NCBI GenBank assembly: GCA_963843575.1
Contig: CAWJKZ010000011.1
Coordinates: 1-64,000 of the forward strand
Direction of reading: 5' to 3'
DNA from: an uncultured Acidobacteriota bacterium
GTDB taxonomy: Bacteria > Acidobacteriota > UBA6911
DNA: 64,000 nt
Shown here: positions 51,734-62,230 of the stretch, in pieces
How the letters are laid out: each line of letters starts with the position of its first letter
Position numbering within the stretch: position 1 is the first letter of the stretch
Made by a program: the position numbers and the translations under genes
The notes under the pieces: generated by a model
The model's database searches: none
What the model was told of the DNA's origin: nothing
What the model saw: only the letters and a program-made list of their open reading frames with translations

Positions 51734-54031
51734 ATGAAATGTACCCACGCGGGGCTGCTTTGGCTGGCTTTGGTTATGCCGATCGGGGCGGAGTCGCCGG
51801 CGCCGGCCGGGCTCACGTGCCAGCTGCTGAGCCGGCCGGATCGAGCCGTTATCACGTCGCGTAGCCCGCAATTTGGCTGGAGCCTGACAAGCCCGGCCAG
51901 GGGGGCACGGCAGTCGGCCTACAGGATCATCGTCGCCTCCACACGGGACGGCATCGCGCGAACGGCGGGCGATCTATGGGATTCCCAGAAAGTCAAATCG
52001 GACGCGTCGCTGAACGTGCCGTACGGCGGAAAGCCGCTCGCCCCGAACTCGAGCTTCTGGTGGGCCGTGCAGGTGTGGGACGAAGGCGACACCGCGAGCC
52101 CGTTCAGCGAGCCGCAAATGTTTCGCACCGGCGAGTTCGACGCCGTGCGGTCCTGGCCGGGCGAAAGCCGTTGGGTGAAAGTAAAAGAAGACGGCGACGA
52201 TCGCTGGCTGCTCGAGAACCGCCACCCGATCGAATATCACGAAATCGAGCCGATCCGTTTGGTTGAAACATCGCCCGGGAACTACTTCGTCGATTTCGGA
52301 CGCGCCGCGTTCGCGACCCTCAGGCTGACCGCCTCGTGCTCTGCCGACACGACCTTGGATATTCATCTGGGCGAGAAAACCAGCGCGGCGGCGCAGGTGG
52401 ACCGGACTCCCGGCGGCTCAATCGCCTACCTGCGCGCGACTCTCCCGCTGCGCGCCGGCAGACACCAGTACACCCTCGCTCTGCCCCGGCACCGCCCGCG
52501 CTACCCCCACAGCCAGACGCTCCCCGAGCACATGCCGGAGGTGCTGCCCTTCCGCTATGCCGAGATCCTCAATTGCCCCGCGCCGCTGACGAAAAGCGAC
52601 GTGCGCCAGCTGGCGCTCTTCTATCAGTTCAACGACACCGCCTCGGCCTTTTCCAGTTCCGACCGGGACCTCGGTGCGGTGTGGGAATTGTGCAAGTACA
52701 CCCTCAAGGCCACCCCGTTCATCGGCCTCTACGTCGACGGCAACCGCGAGCGCATGCCGTACGAGGCCGACGCCTACATCCAGCAGCTCGGCCACTATTC
52801 CGTCGACCGCGAATACGCCGTGGCGCGCCACACCGCGGAAAACCTCTTTTTCCACGCGACGTGGCCGACGGAGTGGATCATGCACTCAGTGCTGATGGCG
52901 TGGGCGGACTACATGTACACCGGCAATACGGACCTGATCGAACGGAACTACGAAACGATCAAAGCCAAGACATTGACAGCCCTGGCGAGGCAGGATGGAC
53001 TCATAACGACACGCACCGGCCTCGTGACCCCGGCGGTCATGTCCGCCATCCACTTCGGCGGCGACAAACTCATCGACATTGTGGACTGGCCGCACGGGAC
53101 GCCGCCGCAGCAGCTCGACCGCGCCCCCGAAGGATTCGGGCCGGGAGGGGAAACCGACGATTACGTGTTCGTTCCGGTCAACACCGTCGTCAACGCGTTC
53201 CACTACCGCGCGCTGGTCCTGATGAGCCAGATCGCGGCGGTGGCCAACCGGCCCGAGGACGCGGCCTGGTTCAAGCGACGGTCCGAAGAGCACAAGCAGG
53301 CGTTCAACCGGGTCCTGCTCGACCCGCGGCGCGGGATTTACACCGACGGGGAAGGCACCGATCACGCCTCGCTGCACGCGAACATGTTCCCGCTGGCCTT
53401 CGGGATGGTGCCCGACTCCCACCTCGACAGCGTCGTGAAATTCATAAAGAGCCGGGGCATGGCGTGCAGCGTGTACGGGGCTCAATACCTGCTGGAGGCG
53501 CTCTACGAGGCGGGCGAAGACCGGTACGCCCTCGACCTCATGAGGGCCAGGACCGACCGGAGCTGGTGGAACATGATCCGGCAGGGATCGACGATGACGA
53601 TGGAGGCGTGGGGGATTAAATACAAGCCTAACCTGACGTGGAATCACGCGTGGGGGTCCGCTCCGGCAAACATAATCGTGCGCAGGACGATGGGTATAGA
53701 ACCGCTCGAGCCCGGGTTCAGGAAGGTGCGCATCCGGCCGCAGCCGGGAGATCTGCAGGAAGCGCACGTGGTCGCGCCCACCCTGCGCGGGCCGGTCGCC
53801 GTCGACTACGAGGAACGCTCCGCGGGCGAGGCACGCATGAGCGTGACGATACCGGCGAACGTGACGGCGGAGGTGCATGTTGCTGCACCAGAACCGTCCC
53901 GCGTGTTCGAGGGGGCAGTGCCGGCCACGCGAGTCCCGGGCGTGCGGTATCTGCGGAACGAGAGGGGGCGGTGCGTTTTCGAGGTTCAGTCCGGGCGGTA
54001 CCAGTTCCGGATTACGAAAGCTCTCAAGTAG
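51734..54031 (+). CDS. Alpha-L-rhamnosidase (GH78), secreted
   Basis: QSAYRI.V, LWDS.KV.S, VDFGR, DGNRERMPYEAD, TMTMEAW, WNHAWGSAP. Confidence 0.9.
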   Translation: MKCTHAGLLWLALVMPIGAESPAPAGLTCQLLSRPDRAVITSRSPQFGWSLTSPARGARQSAYRIIVASTRDGIARTAGDLWDSQKVKSDASLNVPYGGKPLAPNSSFWWAVQVWDEGDTASPFSEPQMFRTGEFDAVRSWPGESRWVKVKEDGDDRWLLENRHPIEYHEIEPIRLVETSPGNYFVDFGRAAFATLRLTASCSADTTLDIHLGEKTSAAAQVDRTPGGSIAYLRATLPLRAGRHQYTLALPRHRPRYPHSQTLPEHMPEVLPFRYAEILNCPAPLTKSDVRQLALFYQFNDTASAFSSSDRDLGAVWELCKYTLKATPFIGLYVDGNRERMPYEADAYIQQLGHYSVDREYAVARHTAENLFFHATWPTEWIMHSVLMAWADYMYTGNTDLIERNYETIKAKTLTALARQDGLITTRTGLVTPAVMSAIHFGGDKLIDIVDWPHGTPPQQLDRAPEGFGPGGETDDYVFVPVNTVVNAFHYRALVLMSQIAAVANRPEDAAWFKRRSEEHKQAFNRVLLDPRRGIYTDGEGTDHASLHANMFPLAFGMVPDSHLDSVVKFIKSRGMACSVYGAQYLLEALYEAGEDRYALDLMRARTDRSWWNMIRQGSTMTMEAWGIKYKPNLTWNHAWGSAPANIIVRRTMGIEPLEPGFRKVRIRPQPGDLQEAHVVAPTLRGPVAVDYEERSAGEARMSVTIPANVTAEVHVAAPEPSRVFEGAVPATRVPGVRYLRNERGRCVFEVQSGRYQFRITKALK

Positions 54032-54060
54032 CTTCGGGCTTTTGCCGACCTGCCCGTAAA

Positions 54061-54286
54061 ACAAGTGGGTCCGGGCTTCAGCCCGGACGTCTTTTGATCT
54101 GATCTATGTGGCGACGGGCGCACGTTACAGCGCCCGCAAACTGCGTCCGGGCTGAAGCCCGGACCCACTTGTGTCTTGTTTGGATCGGCAGATCAACCGT
54201 TGGACAGCCTCTTCAGCCCGGACGTTTTTTGCGGTTGCTATATAGGGCAGATCTAAGGCGTCCGGGCTGAAGCCCGGACCCACTTG
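54061..54286. repeat. Cluster of family B REPs (two inverted pairs, one partial)
   Basis: Copies at about 54062, 54144, 54211 (partial) and 54259; the second spacer resembles that at 51655-51688. Confidence 0.85.
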
Positions 54287-54331
54287 GTAGGTTTGTTGGA
54301 GGCTTTGAGGAAGACGCAACGGGAGGGAGAT

Positions 54332-55595
54332 ATGTCTGGATTCGAGGGGTTGAAGCGGCGGTCGTTTGTGGAGCTACTGGGGCTCGGGGGGCTGGCGGCG
54401 GCTGGCTTCGCGCAGGAAAAGCCGCCGGCCGGCACCGTTGCGGAGCCTCCGCAACGCGACGACTCGGTCGGAGACGCGGGCACCATCTATCCCGAGATTC
54501 GGACCCTGGCGGACAACTGCCGGTACCCACTCTCCTGGCTGGAGAGGGATTATCCCGACGTCGCGGCCTATCGCCGGGCCGCGCGTGAAAAGATCCTGGA
54601 CCTGTTTCACTACACTCCCCCCGCAGTCTCACCCGCCGCCCAGGTCGTGGGCCGGTGGGAGGAGCGGGACTACGTCCAGGAAAAGGTCCTCTTCTCCACG
54701 ACCCCCTGGTTTCGTGTTCCGGCTTACGTCCTCATCCCAAAAGGCGCTGCGGGCCCCCGCCCCGCGATCGTCGACCTCCACTCGCACGGGGGGATGTTCG
54801 TCTATGGGAAAGAGAAAGTGATGCCCATGCCCGAGGGCGACCCCGCCGTGATCGTAGATTACCGACGCGACAACTACGAAGGCCGGTCGACCTCGCTGGC
54901 GCTGTGCCGCCGCGGGTACGTGGTGATCTCCATCGACTGCTTCTACTTCGGCGAGCGGAGGACGCTCTTCGACGGCGACGCCCGCAAATACGGCTGGGAC
55001 CGCTCCAAGTACTCTCCCGAAGACGTGCGCTACCTCAACAGGCGGTCGAGCGCCGGCGAGGCGACCCTCGCCCAGAGCCTCTGCTGGGCCGGCACGACAT
55101 GGCCGGGAGTAGCCCACTGGGACGACATCCGAACCGTAGACTACCTGGCCAGTCGTCCGGAGGTCGATCCCGGTGAGGATCGGATGCGTCGGGGTCTCCA
55201 TGGGCGGCGATCGCACGAATTACCTGGCCGCGCTCGACGACCGGATCCAGTGTGCCGTATTGGTCGGCTGGATGTCGACGCTGCGCCCCATGATCAAGGC
55301 CTACGTCAACACCCACAGCTTCATGCACTTCCTGCCGGGATTGACCCGATTCCTCGACCTCCCCGACGTCGCGGGGTGTACGGCGCCGAGGCCGTTGATG
55401 GTTCAGCAGTGCGAACGCGACGGGCTGTACCCGCTCGACGGTATGAAGGAATCACTCGAGAAGATCGCGGCAATCTATCGCAAGGCCGGGGCCGAGTCGA
55501 GATTCGAAGGGCGGTTCTACGGGCACCCGCATCTGTTCAGCGTGAAAATGCAGGAGGAAGCCTTTGATTGGCTGGATCGGTGGCTGAAGCCGTGA
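54332..55595 (+). CDS. Tat-exported alpha/beta hydrolase (esterase-like); frameshift near 55174
   Basis: KRRSFV twin-arginine signal; DLHSHGG, GYVV..ID, DYLASRPEVD, then RIGCVGVSMGG in the next frame. Confidence 0.85.
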
Positions 55596-55630
55596 CACGG
55601 AAGCCGGAAGCCGGAAGCTAGGAAGCCCTG

Positions 55631-55681
55631 GGGCGGAGCCTAGGCGCCGCCCGGAAAGCGGCGTCGAGCCGCCGCACTCCA
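55631..55681. repeat. Family A REP overlapping the 3' end of the ceramidase-like gene
   Basis: AAAGCGGCGTCGAGCCGCCGCACTCCA plus an adjacent hairpin. Confidence 0.75.
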
Positions 55682-56950
55682 CAGCTCGGCCATCATTTGC
55701 AGGAAGCCGTCGACGATCGAGTTTTCGGCGCAGCCGGGCTTGACCCGGGTGGCGGTGATCTCGTAGCTCACCTGTTCGTACGCGGCGTCGTCCGGCAGGT
55801 AGCCGCTGGCCCCGTTGCACTGCGTCACCACGACGGTGTGGTTGAACGGCGCCTCCTTCTTGATCCTCAGCCCGATGTTGGTGAGCACCTCGCCCGAGAT
55901 GCCCGCGAAGGCGATGTCGTTGACGAGCAAGAGCGACAACCGTATCGGGACAGGAGGGGCGTCCTCGAACTTATATTCCTTCCCGGGCGCGGGAGCCTGG
56001 ACCGTCCTCTTTCCCGGGCAGGTCACGACCGACTGCACCGCCCGGATGCGGCCGCGGGGTGAGGTCTTGATGGAGTCCGCCACCCGCACGATCTCCTCGC
56101 CGAGGATGGTGCCCAGGGCCGTGACGTTTTGGAAGTCGGTGCCGACGCGGTAGATGGGATCCTGGTCGCCGGCCGTGCCGCTCGTCCACGGCGCCACGAC
56201 CTTGTCCCCGTAGTGCCGCTCGACGAAGCGCGCCGCGGCGCCAGGCAGATCCGCGCTGATCTGAAGGTTGCCGGGGCCGAGGACGGTCCCGTGCACGCCG
56301 TAATTGCCGTAGATCGCGATCGGCTCCCCCGTCGCGGACTCGATCTTGACGACCGCAACGGTCTTGTCCGATATACCCTCCGGGTTGTTTCCTATCATCC
56401 ACCCGCCTTCGCCGTCGCGGGCCCGCCGGTTCATGTTCACCAGCGCCTTGCCGGTGCCGAATCCGGCCCTGGCCGGCTGCAGACGCGACTGCGCCAGCCT
56501 GACCGAGTCGACAATGGCCTTTTCCAGCGTCGCGATGTACTCGATCTGCCTCGGACCGAGCTGGCCGCCCGCGGGAGCCGCCAGGGTGGGGGCCGCATGC
56601 GTGTGGACGGAGGACAGCAGGATGTTGTCCCGCCGGATGCCGGTCTGATCGGTTATGCGCTGCGTGATCCTCTCCCAGAGGGGAGGCGTGAAGTACAGCA
56701 CCTCACAGCTGATGAGGGCCGCCTGCTCGCCCCCGTCGTCCAGGACGATCGTCCGCGCGTGCAGCGGATCGTGAATCGACTTGAAGCCTTCGGTGCGCCC
56801 GCCGTAACCGGCCATCGGGAGGGCGGCGTCGCCCGGCGGCGTGATTTCCACCCTGGATGCGCCGGCCCGGAGCGATCCGCGTTCGGCAGGAACTGCGGCG
56901 GATAACGACGCGAGCAGCAGCGTGCAGCAGTACAGGGCTATCCTGGTCAT
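55640..56950 (-). CDS. Neutral/alkaline ceramidase-like secreted amidohydrolase
   Basis: AG..RVEITPP, MAGYG.R, IHDPLHAR, VHTHAAP, NYGVHGT, ISADLPG, GYLP. Confidence 0.85.
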   Translation of the reverse strand: MTRIALYCCTLLLASLSAAVPAERGSLRAGASRVEITPPGDAALPMAGYGGRTEGFKSIHDPLHARTIVLDDGGEQAALISCEVLYFTPPLWERITQRITDQTGIRRDNILLSSVHTHAAPTLAAPAGGQLGPRQIEYIATLEKAIVDSVRLAQSRLQPARAGFGTGKALVNMNRRARDGEGGWMIGNNPEGISDKTVAVVKIESATGEPIAIYGNYGVHGTVLGPGNLQISADLPGAAARFVERHYGDKVVAPWTSGTAGDQDPIYRVGTDFQNVTALGTILGEEIVRVADSIKTSPRGRIRAVQSVVTCPGKRTVQAPAPGKEYKFEDAPPVPIRLSLLLVNDIAFAGISGEVLTNIGLRIKKEAPFNHTVVVTQCNGASGYLPDDAAYEQVSYEITATRVKPGCAENSIVDGFLQMMAELWSAAARRRFPGGA

Positions 56951-56964
56951 CGTCCACCTCCGAC

Positions 56965-57036
56965 AGTGGGCCGCGGCGGCTCGACGCGGCCCCGGGGTTG
57001 TGACTGCGCGGGGCGGGGCGGCCGCCCCCGCCCACT
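56965..57036. repeat. REP-like double hairpin, family C
   Basis: AGTGGGCCGCG.CGGCTCGACGCGGCCC...CGCCCCCGCCCACT; second copy at 63078-63142. Confidence 0.7.
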
Positions 57037-57037
57037 T

Positions 57038-57711
57038 TCACATCAGTGCTTCATTTGAGACAAAACGTACGACCCGAATTCCACGCCGGGCTCGGAATTC
57101 ACCCGGGCCAGGAATAGATGGAACAGGGGGTCTTTCGCCGATTGGGCCTTCTGGTCGGCATCCAACACCTGTGCGAAGTTTCTCCAGAAAGACCTGTAGA
57201 GCCACCCCGCATCGGTCCAGTTCCGCTCCCATCATGCCGATGTCCACCATTCCCGACAGGCCGTCAGACCGGAACGCTGCAGCAGGCCCGCACTCTGTTG
57301 GCGCTGCTCGTCACGGAGTTTGAATCGGGCTGCCCAGAACTCGAGGCCCGGCATGAACGCCCAGGCGCCGAGACTCACGGTGGCGGGGGCCGTGCTCGGG
57401 GATTGCGGCGACACCGGGCCCCACCGTGGTTGAGGGCTCTGGGCGGAGCGATCCAGCTGCCCGCACAGCGCGTACCCGGACGACTTTGCCTGGTCCGTCT
57501 CACGTATCCTGCACCACGCCTGGCCGGTGACGATTTCGAACTCGACGACGACGCGATCGCCCTGGTGCAGCGTCTTTACCAGAGCGCTGTGGACGGAGGT
57601 CTGCGTATACACCGGAAGGGCGACCGGAGTGACCGTGGCGAGACGAGAGGGCTCACTGTTCTGGAGGGGGGCGATCAGCAGAAACAACGCTGCGGCGCAT
57701 GACTGCGGCAT
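57038..57711 (-). CDS. Secreted SH3-like domain protein; C-terminal extent uncertain (stop at 57232 or frameshift to 57038)
   Basis: Signal-like N-terminus; VY...S..SALVKTLHQGD.V...WC.I......GY SH3b-like pattern; GGAGG RBS. Confidence 0.5.
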
Positions 57712-57783
57712 CTCGCTAACCTCCAAGGTATCGAGCTTACTACAGTTGCGCGAAGACGCCGCGGATTCCGTCCTCCATGGAAA

Positions 57784-58032
57784 CTACACAGCACCTTCAC
57801 CGAGCAGACGGGTGAGCGGGTTATCTCCGGGTTCGCTTGCGGCAAGGATCCAAGCCTCGAGAATTGCCGGATCGGTGCATGCCTCTATGCGAGGAGCTGC
57901 GTGCGCCAGCAACGCGGGATGATGCCGGCTCACGAGGGTCAGGCACAGCGCCCGCTCCGCTTCGATACGGCCCTCGGCTTGGGCTTCTTGCCAGAGCGGT
58001 GACTGTTTGACCAGATCGATCAGTGCCTGCAT
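57784..58032 (-). CDS. Putative nested in-frame C-terminal product (RpnS-like, 82 aa)
   Basis: Internal GGGAGG RBS 6 nt before in-frame ATG 58032; internal TATAAT at 58069-58074. Confidence 0.5.
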   Translation of the reverse strand: MQALIDLVKQSPLWQEAQAEGRIEAERALCLTLVSRHHPALLAHAAPRIEACTDPAILEAWILAASEPGDNPLTRLLGEGAV

Positions 58033-58641
58033 GTTATTCCTCCCGATGACGGGCATCAAATTGTCGTCATTATATCGCGCCCGCGCCAGTAGCCACAATA
58101 TGGCTTCGGGATCCGACATCCGCGGTCCGGGAAACACGCGCCGGATCTCTTGAGCCGCAATCCAGACGGCCGCCGGATCGCCGCCCTCGAGCAATGGGAT
58201 AAGCGCCATCAGGCCCGCCGCCCCACTGGCCAGCGCCGCGGCCGCCTTGACCTCCCACAGCCGGATTACCCCGAACCGCCACGCGTTGACCTCGGCCCCG
58301 CCCAGCGAGACCCGGTAGACAAGCTCCGCTTCGACCGGCGCTGGTGGGGTCACGTACAGTACGGTCGTCAGAACCGGGGCGCGCAGCTCGAGCAGCAATA
58401 GGGCATTGTACCGGAAGCAGCGTTCTGCCATCTGCGGATCGTTTCCGGCCTGAAACTCGATGTGGCGATAGTAGAGCTCCTGCCCGCGGCGCAGGCGTAT
58501 CAGGCAGTCGACCGATCTGCGGATCTCCTGCAGCTCGATGGCATCCGTCGAAATGACTGTTGCGCCCTGGTCACCCGTGAGCCACACGAGGTCCTGGCCG
58601 CAGGTCTTGAACAGCCTCTTGAGGTTGACGTCGGTCTCCAC
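57784..58641 (-). CDS. Rpn-like PD-(D/E)XK nuclease (recombination-promoting nuclease/putative transposase family)
   Basis: RSVDCL...HIEFQ...DPQMAER.FRY, VLYV, IRLWE, LIPL, EGR.E and LEAW motifs. Confidence 0.75.
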   Translation of the reverse strand: METDVNLKRLFKTCGQDLVWLTGDQGATVISTDAIELQEIRRSVDCLIRLRRGQELYYRHIEFQAGNDPQMAERCFRYNALLLLELRAPVLTTVLYVTPPAPVEAELVYRVSLGGAEVNAWRFGVIRLWEVKAAAALASGAAGLMALIPLLEGGDPAAVWIAAQEIRRVFPGPRMSDPEAILWLLARARYNDDNLMPVIGRNNMQALIDLVKQSPLWQEAQAEGRIEAERALCLTLVSRHHPALLAHAAPRIEACTDPAILEAWILAASEPGDNPLTRLLGEGAV

Positions 58642-58795
58642 ACACCGGTAGTTTCACCGGACGCGCGTCCATTTCACGTGCCGTGCGCAAGTTGATCGAG
58701 GGTGGGATGACCTTCACTGCGGGCCTCTTACGTCCTCGGGGGCGCGGCGCCGAGGCGGCGCCTGGGCCTATCATCCGGTGTGAGGGATACCCCCT

Positions 58796-58824
58796 AAAGC
58801 GGCGCCCAGGCGCCGCACTCCATA
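58796..58824. repeat. Family A REP
   Basis: AAAGCGGCGCCCAGGCGCCGCACTCCATA abuts the tricorn stop codon. Confidence 0.75.
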
Positions 58825-61800
58825 TTACTTGTGGTAGTCTGGATATGGCGGGCGCTTCGGTTTGGGCAGCGGGGTTTTAGCCAGCTCGGCTTTGACGACC
58901 TCGATGGCCTTCTCCAGCTGCGGGTCCTTTCCCTGGCGCACCAGCTGCGGGTCGAGCTCGACCTCGATGTCGGGCGCGATCCCGATGTTTTCCACCTCCC
59001 ACTGTCCCGTCATCGGGTTGAAAACGCCCGAGCTGGGCGCGCTGACGAAACCGCCGTCCAGCAGCTGCGGGGCGAACGCGCGGCCCACCAGCCCGCCCCA
59101 CGTCCGCTTGCCGATCAGGCTGCCGACGCCGGCGCGCTTGAAGTACCAGGGCATTGCGTCGCCGCCCGAGCCGGCGAATTCGTTGATCAGCATCACCTTC
59201 GGACCGAAGATCGCCCCCTGCGGCTGCGGCTCGAGCTCGCCGTCGCGCGTCGCCACCATGCTCAGCAGCCTGCGCGACAGCAGCTCGATGATGTCCGTCG
59301 CCAGCGCCCCACCCGCGTTGAAGCGCTCGTCGATGATGGCCCCCTCTTTCCCGATCTGCGCGTAGAAGTAGCGGTTGAAGTTCGTGTAGCCGCCGAACCC
59401 CGTGTCGGGCATGTACACGTAGGCGACCCGCCCTTCCGTCATCCGGTCGACCTTGCGCCGGTTGTCCTCGATCCAGGCGAGGTGCCGCAGCTGGACCTCC
59501 GACGGGACTGGAACTACTGTCACCTCGCGCGCCCCGCTGCCATCCGGATTGGGTCCGACGTTCAGCAGCACGCTTTTCCCGGCGGTGGCCTCGAAGAACG
59601 AGTGGACGTTGTCGCCGCCGCGCACGTCGCGCCCGTTGACGGCAGATCAGGTACTCGCCCGCCGCGACGTTTACGCCCGGCTGGGTCAGCGGCGCCCTCT
59701 GGTCGGGATTCCAGTTCTCGCCGTTGTAGACCCGCGCGAAACGGTAGCGGCCGTTCTCGACCGCGTAGTCGGCCCCCAGCAGCCCCGTCTGAACGCGCTT
59801 TACCTCGGGCTGCTCCCCGCCGCCGACGCCCAGGTGGCCGACCGTCATCTCGCCGAGCATCTCGGCAAACAGGTAGTTGAGGTCGCCACGCGACGCGATG
59901 TCTCTCCAGGTACGGCTCATACTTTTTCTCGGCAGCCTTCAGGTCGAGGCCATGGAAGGCGGGGTCGTAGAAGAAGTCGCGCTCCAGGCGCCACACCTCG
60001 CGGTACATCTGGCGCCACTCCTGGCGCGGGTTGATGCGGACCTCGAGGGAGTCGGTGTTGAGGGCTTTGTCGTGCGGAATCGGAGGAAGGCAGGGGCGGG
60101 GGCGGGCCTCCCCCGGCCACAGGGGCGATGTACCAGCGGTCGCCTTGGCGGTAGAGCATCTTCTCGCCGTTCCGGGCGATCTCGAAGAACTGAACCCCCG
60201 AGATCGCCACGTCGGCCTTGCGCTTGGCCAGGTCGTAGCGGTGCACAGTGCTCGACGGCGGGCCCGAGGCGCCGGGCGTGAAGCCGGGGGACTCGATAGC
60301 CAGCAAGACGCCCGGTTTTCCCACCTGCAACTCCGTGTAGTTGCGCGCCGGCATCTGTACCGCAAGGATGCGCTGCAGGATGTTGTCGAAGTCGATCTTC
60401 ACCGTCACCGGTTTTTTCGCGGCGTCCGGCTTGGTTGCGTCTCCCTTGGCTTCCTCCGGTTTTGCCGGCTCCGGTTTCTTCTCGGGCTCGATTTTCTCCT
60501 CGTCGCTCTCGGGAGAGAACGGCGACGGGAGGGTCTTGTCCAGAACCACCAGGTACAAGCTGCGCGAACTCGGGTGGGAGAGCGAGTGGATGTCCGGTTG
60601 CAGCGAGGCGCCCGCGTCCGTAGAAGCCGTGAAAAACAGGTGCTTTCCATCGGGGTCGAAGACCGGGTCACGCGCGTCGCTCATTCCGTCGGTGACCTGC
60701 GTGGTATTGCCGTCCGCGACCGAGTAGACGAACACGGCGCCGAGGAAATTCTTCAGACGGCGCGAGTACGTGAGCCACTTCGAATCCGGCGACCAGGCCG
60801 GTGTGATGTTGCCCGGGCCCCAGTAGGGGTCTTTGTCGATCCTTACCGGCTTCCTGTCGGCGACATCGACACACCAGAGTGCCTGGTGTGAGTCCGTGTA
60901 GGCGACCTTCTTCGCGTCGGGCGACCAGCGCGGCGAGAAGTAGAACCCCGGCGTGTCGCCGAGCGGAATTTTCACCGGGTCGCCCATGCCGTTCTGGCCG
61001 CGGACGTGCAGCATGTACTCGCCCGACTCGTCGGAAAAATACGCGACCGACTTGCCGTCGGGCGACCACGCGGGGTCGCGCTCCATCACCGCGGTCGTGT
61101 TGGTCAGGTTGCGAGCGTCCCCTTTCTCGGCCGGCACCGTGACGATCTCGCCGCGGGCCTCGAACACCGCGCGCGCTCCTGTCGGCGAGACGTGGGCGTT
61201 GGTCAGCCGCCGGTCGACCTTGACCAGCCTCTCGCGCAGCTCGGGGAAGTCGCCGGCTACCGTGACCGGCACCGGTTTCGCCTTGCCCGATTTCACGTCG
61301 TAGATAAACAGCGAGCCGAATTGCTCGTAGGCGATCGCGTCGCCGGCTGCGGACGCGGACTTCAGGTCGAGCCCGGTGTTCTGGACCGCCCGCGCGACCC
61401 GCTTCGTTTTCGGATCGTACGAGAAGAGTGTTACGGGGCCGTTTCGGTCCGAGAGGAACCAGACCTTGCCGGCCGCCCACATCGGGTTGAAATCGTTGGA
61501 GCCTGTGCGCGGGATTTTTTCGATGCGGCTGTCGGCCAGCGAGGCGATCCAGACCGGTGTCGCCGTCCCGCCGCGGTAGCGCTTCCAGGCGTAGAAAGCG
61601 CGCCGGATCGGAACGTAGGCCAGCTGGCTGCCGTCCTGGGAATAGGCCGCCTCGTAGCCCATCGGCAGGGGCAACTCCTCCTCGAGGCCGCCTTCGAGCG
61701 GGACCGTGAAGAGTTTCGAGAAGCGCGAATAGGAGGTGCGGGTGGAGGTGATCAGGACCTTCTTGCCGTCCGGGGTCCAGCCGAGGGCCGTGTCGTCCGC

Positions 61801-62112
61801 CGGGTGCCAGGTGAGCCGCTTCGGTACGCCGCCCGAAGCCGGTACGACGTAGGCGTCGACGTTGCCGTCGTACTCGCCCGTGAAGGCGATCTGGGCGCCG
61901 TCGGGGGAAAACTGCGGGCTCGACTCCATGCCCGGCCCGGTGGTCAGGCGCCTCGCCTCACCGCCGTTGCGCGGGACGCTCCAGAGGTCCCCGGCGAAGG
62001 CGAAGACGACGTGCGTCCTGTTCAGGGTTGGGCTGCGCAGGATCAGCGGCGCATCCGCCGCGGGCGCGGCCGGCGCGAGCAGCACGAGAAGTGCGAGGGC
62101 AAGTCGGGGCAT
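58825..62112 (-). CDS. Tricorn protease homolog (S41, beta-propellers plus PDZ); frameshifts near 60090, 59910 and 59650
   Basis: Signal peptide, PD40-type repeats, WKRYRGG, EWRQMY.E.WR..RDFFYD, GHL, IDERFNAGG, AGSGGD, GKRTWGGLVG, DPQLE. Confidence 0.92.
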
Positions 62113-62140
62113 GGTTGCCTCCTGTAGTTGAAACATTATA

Positions 62141-62218
62141 TATGGAGTGCGGCGCCTAGGCGCCGCTTTGGGGAGCAAGGAAATCCACAAAAGCGGCGCC
62201 TAGGCGCCGCACTCCATA
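62141..62218. repeat. Inverted pair of family A REPs between divergent genes
   Basis: TATGGAGTGCGGCGCCTAGGCGCCGCTTT and its exact reverse complement. Confidence 0.85.
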
Positions 62219-62230
62219 TACAATCCCACA

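Noticed and set aside
54061-54286. CRISPR array
   Set aside because: Repeats alternate in orientation, spacers are related to each other, and there are no cas genes; this is a REP cluster.
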